Shown here: positions 10,332 to 19,005 of the stretch, in pieces
How the letters are laid out: every line of letters starts with the position of its first letter
Numbering within the stretch: the stretch's first letter is position 1
DNA from: an uncultured Chloroflexia bacterium
GTDB lineage: Bacteria > Chloroflexota > Limnocylindria > Limnocylindrales > CSP1-4
Reading direction: 5' to 3'
NCBI GenBank assembly: GCA_963746845.1
Contig: CAVVCZ010000006.1
Span: forward strand, 32,001-96,000
Length of the DNA stretch: 64,000 nucleotides
Notes under the pieces: generated by a model
What the model was told of the DNA's origin: nothing
Database searches by the model: none
The model's input: only the letters and a program-made list of their open reading frames with translations
Translations under genes and position numbers: made by a program

Positions 10332-10634
10332 TTATCGCCGCCGATAAGGCGATTTCGTTGTTTCCCGTTCAATAACTCGCTCAGTTTCCTCCCGCTCGCG
10401 CAGAAGTTCAGGGTAACAAGTGTCGACGATCAGCCGGGCGAGCTCCAGACCGATCAACTCGGCTACCTCGCGGTCCTCCAACTCGAAGTTGTGTACGTTC
10501 AGGGTGGTTAGCTCGACCACTGAATTGTCCGGGCGCTGATTCAAAACGCAAGCACCGGGCGTCGAGTTATTGCCGCCGGGATAGCCGGGAGTGGCATCGC
10601 CGGAAATCCAAAGGTCTTTGTATTGTTCCATCAT
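10332..10634 (-). CDS. Hypothetical protein
   Basis: 100-aa ORF with protein-like composition. Confidence 0.55.
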   Translation of the reverse strand: MMEQYKDLWISGDATPGYPGGNNSTPGACVLNQRPDNSVVELTTLNVHNFELEDREVAELIGLELARLIVDTCYPELLREREETERVIERETTKSPYRRR

Positions 10635-10681
10635 GGCGCTGGATCTCGAGGCGTTCGTGCTTTTCGTATGCCTGCGCTACA

Positions 10682-10924
10682 TCAACGCGACTCTATTTTG
10701 AACCAGTCGAGCAGACCTATGAGAAGCCTCCGGCCTGTCTGATTGATAAGTGTAAAATACCCGACGATTATAAAAGACGTGATCTTTAGAACGATTCTCA
10801 AAAATCGACTTTTAATCTCGTCGATCAAGCCGTAAACAAGCACAAGAAGAGCGGCGAATACGAATGCAAAAAATTGCCAGCTCTCAGCACCGCGGATAAC
10901 ATCAATAGCGAGCTTTTCTGTCAT
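10682..10924 (-). CDS. Small membrane protein
   Basis: 80 aa, two TM segments, GAGGGAG RBS, directly downstream of motif copy A1. Confidence 0.7.
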   Translation of the reverse strand: MTEKLAIDVIRGAESWQFFAFVFAALLVLVYGLIDEIKSRFLRIVLKITSFIIVGYFTLINQTGRRLLIGLLDWFKIESR

Positions 10925-10943
10925 TCAATGACTCCCTCAGGGC

Positions 10944-10973
10944 CTTCTACCGCACGGCACAGAGACAAAGCAA
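10944..10973 (-). promoter_or_regulatory. 30-bp repeated promoter-like motif, copy A1
   Basis: Minus strand TTGCTT-N18-TAGAAG; near-identical copies at 11716, 11994, 12514. Confidence 0.6.
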
Positions 10974-10989
10974 CCAGAGCAACCGCTAC

Positions 10990-11019
10990 TTGCTTTCTAT
11001 CTCAGACATCGGGTAGAAA
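10990..11019 (+). promoter_or_regulatory. Divergent promoter-like element
   Basis: TTGCTT-N18-TAGAAA upstream of the ORF at 11043. Confidence 0.45.
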
Positions 11020-11042
11020 ATCCAAGTAAGAGACGGATCGCG

Positions 11043-11342
11043 ATGAAACTAAGTCAAAAAACATGGTGGCAACCGAGTTGGCGATATGAAACCGGTAACA
11101 GTGACCCCGTTCCGGCCGCAGTGGCTACCGAATACGGCATCTTGCGAAGGTGCTCGATTGTGGCGGGGAGCTTGATTATGAGTGTCGACTGCAAAGGCAA
11201 ATCCGTTCGCGGCCGTATTGGTCTCTCGGTTAATGCACCACTCTTGGACAGAGTTCTAGTCTTCCTTCGAGCCTACGAAGGCGACTCCATTGAATCAATC
11301 GAAAACCTTGAGATTGAAGAGAACCAGTTCGGTACTCCTTGA
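11043..11342 (+). CDS. Hypothetical protein
   Basis: 99-aa ORF between a promoter-like element and a hairpin. Confidence 0.6.
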   Translation: MKLSQKTWWQPSWRYETGNSDPVPAAVATEYGILRRCSIVAGSLIMSVDCKGKSVRGRIGLSVNAPLLDRVLVFLRAYEGDSIESIENLEIEENQFGTP

Positions 11343-11361
11343 TTGAAAGATAGACAAGCAG

Positions 11362-11385
11362 GCGCCGAGCCCGAAGACCCGGCGC
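11362..11385 (-). terminator. UUCG-tetraloop hairpin, probable intrinsic terminator
   Basis: Minus strand GCGCCGGGTC-TTCG-GGCTCGGCGC followed by a T-rich tail, just after the stop at 11393. Confidence 0.7.
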
Positions 11386-11392
11386 TACCAAG

Positions 11393-11611
11393 CTACTTGC
11401 GACGTTTCTTGACGAGTTTCTTCTTTCCGCGGCGCGTAAGGACTTCGAGTTGCTTAGCCCCCATATCCGCTAGGATAGAAGCAAAGGCCTTCGTGATCGG
11501 TGCCAGTAGCACTGCGCAGCCCAGTTTTTTGCTCCCGATCGCCCACTTCAGAAGTTCAATCAAATGACCGTTGAGCTGTACAAGTCGCGCGAGATTCACT
11601 GCGTCGCTCAT
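11393..11611 (-). CDS. 72-aa helical protein with basic tail, copy 1
   Basis: MSDAVNLARLVQLNGHLIELL...RRGKKKLVKKRRK; GGAAGGA RBS; paralog at 12189-12407. Confidence 0.7.
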   Translation of the reverse strand: MSDAVNLARLVQLNGHLIELLKWAIGSKKLGCAVLLAPITKAFASILADMGAKQLEVLTRRGKKKLVKKRRK

Positions 11612-11691
11612 AAAATGGTTCCTTCCGCGCCGTTTCCGGCCAGAACAAAGAGGGCACCAAGGATCGCCAAGACTGAGAGGAAACTCTGCAT
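11608..11691 (-). CDS. 27-aa hydrophobic leader peptide coupled to the 72-aa gene
   Basis: MQSFLSVLAILGALFVLAGNGAEGTIL*; GAGGTG RBS; ATGA overlap with the next start. Confidence 0.5.
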   Translation of the reverse strand: MQSFLSVLAILGALFVLAGNGAEGTIL

Positions 11692-11715
11692 CGTAGTCAC
11701 CTCTCGCGGAGCGTT

Positions 11716-11745
11716 CTTCTACCGCACGCCACAGAGATAAAGCAA
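11716..11745 (-). promoter_or_regulatory. 30-bp motif, copy A2
   Basis: Plus strand CTTCTACCGCACGCCACAGAGATAAAGCAA. Confidence 0.6.
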
Positions 11746-11881
11746 CCGGGAGCCTTCTCCTTTTTATGTCAGATTTCTGACACATAAATTATGGACCCGG
11801 ATCGTGGCGCCTCCCAATTTCTAATAGAATTTTACCTCGAAGCCGTTCGCACCGGCGCCGGCATCTGTTACCATTTTCTTT

Positions 11882-11965
11882 GTGAAGTTCTGGCAAATTA
11901 TCGTTTTTATCTTTGGCGTGGTTCTGCCTATTCTTTACATTGTCTATGTTTTGATCTTTGAATAG
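11882..11965 (+). CDS. 27-aa single-TM peptide, paralog 1
   Basis: GTG start, MKFWQIIVFIFGVVLPILYIVYVLIFE*; TGTTACCAT 7 nt upstream. Confidence 0.7.
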   Translation: MKFWQIIVFIFGVVLPILYIVYVLIFE

Positions 11966-11993
11966 AAACCGGACGCCGTATAACATGCGCTGC

Positions 11994-12023
11994 CTTCTAC
12001 CGCACGTCACAGAGATATAACAA
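11994..12023 (-). promoter_or_regulatory. 30-bp motif, copy A3, pointing antisense into peptide 1
   Basis: Plus strand CTTCTACCGCACGTCACAGAGATATAACAA. Confidence 0.6.
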
Positions 12024-12067
12024 TTGGGCGCTAGTTGTACCCCCGAGGCAACTGTTACCATTCCTTT

Positions 12068-12151
12068 GTGGATTTCCGAACACTACTCGTAATCCTCTTT
12101 GGAATAGTTCTGCCGGCTCTTTTCATTGCCTTTTACTTGATCAGCCCCTAG
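12068..12151 (+). CDS. 27-aa single-TM peptide, paralog 2
   Basis: GTG start, MDFRTLLVILFGIVLPALFIAFYLISP*; TGTTACCAT 6 nt upstream. Confidence 0.7.
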   Translation: MDFRTLLVILFGIVLPALFIAFYLISP

Positions 12152-12156
12152 AGCAA

Positions 12157-12182
12157 GGCGCCGAGCCCGAAGACCCGACGCC
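12157..12182 (-). terminator. UUCG hairpin terminator, copy 2
   Basis: Minus strand GGCGTCGGGTC-TTCG-GGCTCGGCGCC between convergent ORFs. Confidence 0.7.
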
Positions 12183-12188
12183 ACCAAG

Positions 12189-12407
12189 CTAATGGCGACG
12201 CTTCTTGACGAGTTTCTTCTTTCCGCGAGGCGTATCAACAGGGAGTTGCTTAGTCGCCATTTCTGCTAGGATCGAAGCAAAGGCCCTCGTGATCGGTGCT
12301 AGTTGCGCTGCGTAGTCTAGTTTGTCGGTCTCCATCGCCCACCTCAGAAGCTCGATCAAATGATCGTTGAGCTGTACAAGTCGCCCGAGATTCACTGCGT
12401 CGCGCAT
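12189..12407 (-). CDS. 72-aa protein, copy 2
   Basis: MRDAVNLGRLVQLNDHLIELLRW...PRGKKKLVKKRRH; same length as copy 1. Confidence 0.7.
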   Translation of the reverse strand: MRDAVNLGRLVQLNDHLIELLRWAMETDKLDYAAQLAPITRAFASILAEMATKQLPVDTPRGKKKLVKKRRH

Positions 12408-12513
12408 AACATGGTGTTCCTTCCGCGCCGTTTCCGGCGAAAACAAACAGGGCACCAATGATCGCCAAGACAGAGAATAAACTCTGCATCGTAGTCACGC
12501 CTCAAGGAGCGTT

Positions 12514-12543
12514 CTTGTACCGCACGTCACAGAGATAAAGCAA
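12514..12543 (-). promoter_or_regulatory. 30-bp motif, copy A4
   Basis: Plus strand CTTGTACCGCACGTCACAGAGATAAAGCAA. Confidence 0.6.
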
Positions 12544-12595
12544 TCCGGCGCCAGTTGTCCTGGCGCGCTATCCTCTGTTACCATTTTGCTTGATT

Positions 12596-12676
12596 ATGCT
12601 CTCGTCAACTATCGTGATTTTGCTTGGCGCGGTTCTGCCCGTTCTTTTCGTTGTCTATATTTGGTTCTTTGCATAG
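12596..12676 (+). CDS. 26-aa single-TM peptide, paralog 3
   Basis: MLSSTIVILLGAVLPVLFVVYIWFFA*; upstream TTGTCC-N18-TACCAT with TG extension; hairpin downstream. Confidence 0.7.
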   Translation: MLSSTIVILLGAVLPVLFVVYIWFFA

Positions 12677-12826
12677 AGCGGGCGCCGAGCCTAAGCCCGC
12701 GGGTGCGTGAGCCCATGAACTGATTTTAGCTTCCGGATGCCGACAGTCGCGTAAATCTCCTTCGTTGAGATGCTCGCATGACCGAGTAGTTGTTGAATCA
12801 CTCGTATATCGGAGCGAACCGCCTTT

Positions 12827-13699
12827 GTGGCGATCGTTTCGGCTTACCTTGTCGAATCGGTGGTAACCGGCAAGAGTAAGAAGCGCCTGGACGCGCTCGA
12901 AATAAATTTCCGCCGTTTCATCGTTCCCCACTTTGGCGAGAATACCGCAGTCACTGCCATCACTCACACGCAAGTCGAGTATTTCATCAGCGTACAGACC
13001 CAGCGCGGGGTAAAGAATTCGACGGTCTGGCACTATGTCTCGGACCTTCGCGCCTGTTTGAATTACGCCATCAGGAAGGATTGCTGCGAGATAACCCGGT
13101 GAAGCGTGCCGACAAAACCAGAATCATGAACCGCAAGGTGATCAAGCCCCCGCTCGATCCTCATGCCGTCGACCTGGCGGCCGAAGCGATCGCGCACCCC
13201 GTTGACAGGGCTTGGTTTAACGTCGTTCGATTCGTCGGCTTGCGCAAGGATGAAGGCAATCGGCCCGAATGGTCAGACATCAATTTCGAACTGGCAATAC
13301 ATTCGAGGCAGCAAGACCGAAGGGGCCGACGTTTGGTTACCGCTGGCGCCGATCGCGCTGCACACCTTGCGCGAATTGAGAAAGATCAGCGACCCCAAGA
13401 ACCCGCTGATATTCCCGGGAAGGTCGGCACAGAGCAAAGGAAAGAAAGACTACGAGTGCGGCCTGATGTTCAAGAAGATCTTGAAGAAGACCGGCATCAC
13501 GCTTATGCCGAAGGATCTCCGTGATTACTTTTGCAATGAGGTAGCCGCACCCACGCGAGACCCCGCCGTTCTCATGCGCTTGATGCGTCATCAGTCCTTG
13601 GAAACAACGACAAAGTACCTGCGCACCGTACCGGAACGCATGGAGGATGCTGTCAAGAATCTGGGGCGAGCTTTGGTGGTGGATTCGATTCAAATCTAG
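12827..13699 (+). pseudogene. Tyrosine recombinase/integrase split over three ORFs
   Basis: N-terminal core-binding region, GLRKDE (R), GSKT (K), KDLR, LMRH, TTKY (Y); frameshifts near 13085 and 13297. Confidence 0.85.
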
Positions 13700-13758
13700 T
13701 GCAGAAAGCGACGGAAAACGACAATGCGCCAGAAAATATTGTTGCATTGAATGAGGGT

Positions 13759-15288
13759 TCAACTACGCGAAATAGTTCGGTGAATGTGGACGGCATTGGG
13801 ACCAGTCAAGACGCTATCGACATGCCACATGGCCAGGCAATCGTCTTGGTTGTAGATCAGCGCGCGGTCGATGGCGAACAGGTCGGTGTTTTCCAGATAA
13901 TCCCAGTAGCAGACCATGGACTGATAGGCGCCGATGTCTTTCTGGCGCCAGTGAAAGCCCAGGGCGGGGGCGACGGATTTGATCGAGAAGGTCGGCACGG
14001 GCAGGTAGACGGCGGCCTGAATCGCTGCTTTCAAGTCGACGCATTTGGCGACGATCTGTTCGATCGAAGCGGACAGCAGTGGCCAGCGGCGGGCGACGCG
14101 GTGCATCTGGTGAATTTCAAAGTCGGTCCAGTGATACAAGCAAACATCGCGCGGGTCGCCGACATAGTCGAAGAACTCGGTGAAGATGCGCGCTTCATCG
14201 GCCGCGCCACGGGCGAGAAACTTGACGAATTGATCGCGGCTGCCGTCGTAACAGCCGATGAGATAGGTGTGCGGCGGCTCGCTCGGATGGATTGCATCGG
14301 AAGTTTCGAAATCGAAATAGAGCAGACGCTTGGCGCGCGGGATATCGAGCTCGCGGCCGGGCCGCAAAAGCGGGCCACCGAATTTGTAGGCCTGGCTGAC
14401 ATGGTGCGCGATCTCGCCATAATGTTCGCCGATTATTTCCACGAGTTCTTCCTGCCGCAGGTTCCATGCTTGATCGACTCTGTGAATTCCGGCGCGGCGC
14501 AGCTTGTCGCGTTCGCGCTTGGTGAGGCCGGCCAACAAGATCAGGTCGCGCTCGTCGCTGGCGCGCTGGTTGGCGTAGAGGCGCCAAGGCGAACTCGCTG
14601 CGTTGGGTGGACGATTCATTTCGGGGATGACGCTGCCGTTTCGCAATTCATTCCAAAACTGGCGCGCTGCGACAACCTCTTCGGCTTTTTCGGAAAAGGC
14701 AACAGTTGTTTCGCTGTCTTTGAGAACGATGGTGAACTCGTCGGGCACGAGGCCCTGAAGCTTGCCGATGTTTTCATTGTAGAAAGCGCCTTGGAGCGCG
14801 TGGGAAGCTTGCAGAGACTGCGATCTTTTGATTTCGATGACGCGGTAGTGAAATGGCCCGAGATCCGACGGTGCCGAATCGTCGCGAATCAGTAAGTCGC
14901 CTTTTCCGTAGATCGTCTGCGCTAAATCCCACAGCTGGGGTTGATAAATTGCCCGCGGGCCGGCGAGCAGGGCGCGGCAAGTATTTTTCAGCGCCTCGAA
15001 CCCGAAGCCCGGTGTGATTTCCATGGCATCGGGATAGTTGCTTTTAACCCAGCGCCGCTCGTAGTCGACGCCCTGCTGCATGCGCAGTCTTTCATAGCGC
15101 GTGGTTTCATCGACGGCGGCACTTTTCGGCGCATGATGTTCGCACCAGAGCCAGAAGGGATCTTTGAGCAGGTAGTAGCTGTGCGAGGGGCGAAAAAGGT
15201 TGTGGCGGTTGAATTTCTGCCCGGCGGTGGCGCGCTGGATCAATGCCTCAAGGGTGACTTTTGCCGTTGTCGTCATTCGACTATCCAC
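13759..15288 (-). CDS. TM0106-family RecB-like nuclease with RNase H-like C-terminal domain
   Basis: GKGDLLIR..YRVIEIKRS (PD-(D/E)xK), YFDFET, FSIKSVAPALGFHW, YNQDDCLA. Confidence 0.85.
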   Translation of the reverse strand: MDSRMTTTAKVTLEALIQRATAGQKFNRHNLFRPSHSYYLLKDPFWLWCEHHAPKSAAVDETTRYERLRMQQGVDYERRWVKSNYPDAMEITPGFGFEALKNTCRALLAGPRAIYQPQLWDLAQTIYGKGDLLIRDDSAPSDLGPFHYRVIEIKRSQSLQASHALQGAFYNENIGKLQGLVPDEFTIVLKDSETTVAFSEKAEEVVAARQFWNELRNGSVIPEMNRPPNAASSPWRLYANQRASDERDLILLAGLTKRERDKLRRAGIHRVDQAWNLRQEELVEIIGEHYGEIAHHVSQAYKFGGPLLRPGRELDIPRAKRLLYFDFETSDAIHPSEPPHTYLIGCYDGSRDQFVKFLARGAADEARIFTEFFDYVGDPRDVCLYHWTDFEIHQMHRVARRWPLLSASIEQIVAKCVDLKAAIQAAVYLPVPTFSIKSVAPALGFHWRQKDIGAYQSMVCYWDYLENTDLFAIDRALIYNQDDCLAMWHVDSVLTGPNAVHIHRTISRS

Positions 15289-15289
15289 C

Positions 15290-16060
15290 CGCCAACAGAT
15301 ATCTGCTCACGATTGGAAAAATTTATCGGCGGCGTCGATATGGACCCAATGGCCGGTGTTGGCGGACGACCAGGCCATTCGGGAAGCGCTCGCGGATTTC
15401 CGGAATGTTTGTCATGGGCAATGAAATTTGACCGGCCCGCTCGAATGAAGCAAGTTTGGCTAGAGACGGCGCCATCGGCGCTGAACGCTTCAGTAAGCGC
15501 ATCATAATTTGCGATAATCTCTTCCAAGCCGATGCGCCAATGGAATCATGCATCCGTACCGCAGGCGAGATTGGCAATCAAGAACTGGCGTAGCGTCGGT
15601 TCCGGAATGTTTCCTGTGTGCGCCCGGTCGGCGTCGCTGGAGGTCTACCCGCTTGCGAGCGTAAGCGCCTCTAGGCGGCAGCGGGCTTATGCGCGGCGGG
15701 CTTCGGGCGCGATGTCGACTACGACTAGCCCATTGATGGAACTGGCGTTGACCGCGGCGCATTGCCGGGCCACCTTGCCGACCATGGAGTGGCCGCATAG
15801 ATGGGCACGATCGAGTTCTCGCGGCAAAAAATTCTCTCACATCCTTCGCCATGGCGCATGATGCGTCACCGGATGATGCGCTGAGGCGCCGTGATTTCTC
15901 AAATCTAAATCATAGACTTTGAAGTAGACAGCGAGCCGCTTGACGATGGCGCGCCAATTGTCGGTCGCGCCGAGAAAGCCTGCAGGGTGATCCTCGGGAC
16001 ACCGATCCCTTGGACTTGGAAGTTGAGACGGATGGTTCTGGTTGTGGCGGGCGGCCGACG
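15290..16060 (-). pseudogene. Decayed YbfF-like alpha/beta hydrolase (esterase)
   Basis: Colinear fragments in different frames: GFLGATDNW, DLRNHG, MAKDV, GHSMVGKVA, VVVDIAP, FIRAGRSNFI, GHWVHIDA. Confidence 0.75.
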
Positions 16061-16214
16061 AAACTCTGCCAAGATCGGGAGCAAGGAAGCGCCGCGAGGC
16101 GCTCAAGTTCGAAGAGAGTTGCGAAGGAATCGTTGAGGCGGGGGGTTAACAACGCGCTGGCGATCGCAAAGGAGAGTAGCGCTAGTATGTCGGTTGCCGT
16201 GAAACGAGCCGTGA

Positions 16215-17837
16215 TCAGCCGCCGACTCGCGCCACGGCGTCGCCGCGGATATATCCTGGCGGCCGGCCATGTTTGGAGTGAATCTCCAGCCAGCCATCGC
16301 GGGAGTTGACGACGTTTACTTTAAGGCCGGCTTCGATCTCGCCCAGTTGCTGGGCAAACTCTGTAGGCGCGGCGAAGACCCGGGTGCTGCGAGTGACTTC
16401 GTAAGTGCCCGCGGCTGCCTCCGGCTGTATTTTGGTTTGTCTTGCCGGGTGCGCCGTCGCTGTCTCGTTGGCCTTGCCGACCGGGGTCGCCGAAGCGACC
16501 GCATCGCCAGCGGGCGCGCGCTTCAGTTGGACCGGCGTCGGCGCGGCTTTTTTCTCCGGACCGGCTAGCGCCAACGGTTTGGCGGCGTGGATAACCGGCT
16601 GCTCGCCGCTCTGGCTCCAGAACAGCGCCGCCATGGCAGCGCACACCACCAGGGCAATCAAAGCGTGGAAGATACCGAGGCCGCGTTTGGCCTGGGGTGC
16701 TAATTCTTGGTTGACGGGGTCGGTACGGACCGATGCCGTCGCGGCATGGTGGCTGTCGCTACCGTTGTTTGACGCCGCCATGTGCAGCAACGCTGCCGGC
16801 GCGACCGTGTCCGGCTCGGATTGGAGATCGAATAATGTCGGCGCGGCAATGGTGCCGTCGTGGGACGCCGAGATAAATTGCGCGAAGGCTTTTAGCTCGC
16901 CATGATAGGCGCGTTGATGCTCGATGATCGAGCTTTGTTTGGCGACCAGCTGATCGTAAACCGGCTGCAGGGCGAGCAGGCGATGCTTGATTTCTTCGCT
17001 GGCGGCGATCCGCTCTTGCCATTGAGGAATCTCATCCTCGCGCCGCCGCAGTGAGTCGCGCAGCTCGCGCTCCAGCTTCTCCGATTCGCGGATGCGCTGC
17101 TGCAGAGTGTCGAGCTGGCGGGTGATTTCGGCGCCGGCGCGCAAGTCTTTTTCCAACTCGGCGATTCTCGCCTGGAGCCTTTGGCTTTCTTCCTGGTGGC
17201 TGGCTTCGTTGGCGCTCGCATCGGCCACGGGCGTAGGCGAGTTTTCCAGTTGGCGAACTTTTGACTGGCTTTTTTCCAATTGCTGTTTCAAATCGATGAG
17301 CGCGTTTTCCAACTGCGTCTGCCGTTCGCCGGCGCCACTGTCGACGACGCTGGCATTCTGGACTTTAGCTTCGCTCTCCTGCAGCTGGCGGCGCAGCTCT
17401 TGCACTCGAGCGTCGAGTTGGGTGTTGGCGCTGCGTAACTGTTCCACCTGGGCGAGTGTCGTGTCGTTTTCGGCCGCGGGCTTGCCGGTGCGAAGTTCGT
17501 CGATGGCCCGGTGGGCGGCTTCCAAATCGTCTTGCAACAAGGCCATTTCTTTTTTCAGCTCTTGGTTATTGGCGCGCAGGCCGGTGACCTCGGCGCCGTT
17601 GCCGCCGGCTTCGCTGCTCGCCGGGGCGGACGCCATTGGGGCGTCTTCCAAGCGGGTCAAAAGGTCGTTGATTTCGCCGCGTTTTTTCTTGAGCTCTTTC
17701 TCGGACGCGACCAAGAATAGGCCGAGCAACAGTACCGTCGCTCCTGAAAACAATACGATCCAGAGGAACATGCTCTCCATAGCGATCTCCCGTCGAGTTT
17801 GAGGCTGAATTTGATGACTGAATAACGCTAAACTCAT
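16215..17837 (-). CDS. Membrane-anchored coiled-coil protein with C-terminal SH3-like domain
   Basis: N-terminal TM, long heptad-rich region, second TM, KVNVVNSRDGWLEI..GYI; true start possibly at MESM near 17780. Confidence 0.75.
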   Translation of the reverse strand: MSLALFSHQIQPQTRREIAMESMFLWIVLFSGATVLLLGLFLVASEKELKKKRGEINDLLTRLEDAPMASAPASSEAGGNGAEVTGLRANNQELKKEMALLQDDLEAAHRAIDELRTGKPAAENDTTLAQVEQLRSANTQLDARVQELRRQLQESEAKVQNASVVDSGAGERQTQLENALIDLKQQLEKSQSKVRQLENSPTPVADASANEASHQEESQRLQARIAELEKDLRAGAEITRQLDTLQQRIRESEKLERELRDSLRRREDEIPQWQERIAASEEIKHRLLALQPVYDQLVAKQSSIIEHQRAYHGELKAFAQFISASHDGTIAAPTLFDLQSEPDTVAPAALLHMAASNNGSDSHHAATASVRTDPVNQELAPQAKRGLGIFHALIALVVCAAMAALFWSQSGEQPVIHAAKPLALAGPEKKAAPTPVQLKRAPAGDAVASATPVGKANETATAHPARQTKIQPEAAAGTYEVTRSTRVFAAPTEFAQQLGEIEAGLKVNVVNSRDGWLEIHSKHGRPPGYIRGDAVARVGG

Positions 17838-18099
17838 GCCACTTGACGCAAGGCTAGTTACCTAGAGACAAGCAAGGTAGTTCCGGAGATCATTCGATAC
17901 TTTGCCAGACAGTTTTCCGGGTATTCCGGCTGAACAGAGCTGCACAAATCGGTGAATCGTTACGAAAACTGTTTAGCTATGTCTGCGTTGCCCGCGGCAG
18001 CAGCGCTGGTTCCGAGGAAAAAAACTCGCATCGTCTGGCAGATCGCTGGCGCTATGAGCGTCGTTGGGCTAAGAAAAATTACCCCAAGATGTCCTTCCA

Positions 18100-19005
18100 T
18101 GATCCCGCAATCTCAAACCGCCACGCCGCCAAAGAATCTATCCATCGCCGAAGAGCGGGCGATCCTTTCGGTGACCTGTCTGGCGGCGTTTCTATTCTTC
18201 AACAGTTTTGGCAGCATCAGCGTCGCCCTACCGGCGATTCAGAAACAATTTGGCAATAGTTTGTCGGAGATTCAGTGGGTCACGCTGATGGGCGTGGTGA
18301 CGATCTCCAGCTTGTCGTTCTGTTTCGGCCGTGCCGGCGGTATTCTCGGCCAGCGCCGGCTCTACAAGATCGGTGTGGCGCTTTATGCCGCCGGCGCCGG
18401 CTTGGGCGCGCTGGCGCTGTCGTTTCCACAGCTGCTGATCGCGCGCGCGGTGATGGCGGTTGGGCTGGCGATGGCGTTGCCGATGTCGACGGCGTTGTTG
18501 GCCGGCAGTTTCGCCGCCGCGCGGCGCGGCCAGGTGCTGGGCACCTTCGCCTCGGCTATCGCCGTCGGGCGCATGTCTGGGCCGACCGTCGGCGGCTTGC
18601 TCTTACAAATGGGCGGCTGGACCTGGATCTTCTGGATGAATTTTGTCGTCGGCTTGGCGGTGACGTTGGCGGTGGTGAAAATTTTTCGCGGCGCCGGCGA
18701 GCAACGGCCGGAGAAATTCGACATCTGGGGCTCGTTGGCCTTACTGCTTGGCTATCCGTCGCTGTTGATCGGCTTGAGTTTTGGCGCCCGCCTCGGTTGG
18801 AGTTCGTTGCCGGTGATCCTGTGCTTTGCCGTCGCCACGATTGGGCTGGTGGGTTTCGTCGGCATCGAACTGCGCACCGCGAAGCCGTTGGTCGATGTGG
18901 CGATTTTTCGCAATAAAATGCTGTCCGCGGCTATCGTCGCGCTGATCCTCAGTCATATGCTCCACAATCCGATCGCCTTGGCGGCGCCGCTTTATTTGCA
19001 AAACG
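18100..19005 (+). CDS. DHA2-type MFS efflux transporter, truncated at the junction
   Basis: ISVALPAIQ, RRGQVLG, GWTWIFWMN, PLVDVAIFRN; hydrophobic pattern stops at PLYLQNV. Confidence 0.85.

Larger units (their letters stand above)
8380..13720. mobile_element. Putative integrase-associated genomic island or remnant
   Basis: AT-richer than flanks, small orphan genes, internal duplications, tyrosine integrase at right end; no att site identified. Confidence 0.6.

Noticed and set aside
10944-12543. 30-bp repeats as a CRISPR array
   Set aside because: Spacing is 278-772 bp and irregular, the intervals contain genes, and no cas genes are present
8700-13700. Classical integron
   Set aside because: No attC-like RYYYAAC...GTTRRRY hairpins recognised, genes lie on both strands, and no evident IntI-specific insertion in the integrase
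13700-13800. tRNA or att site after the integrase
   Set aside because: No cloverleaf found, and no direct repeat matching the island's left edge found by eye
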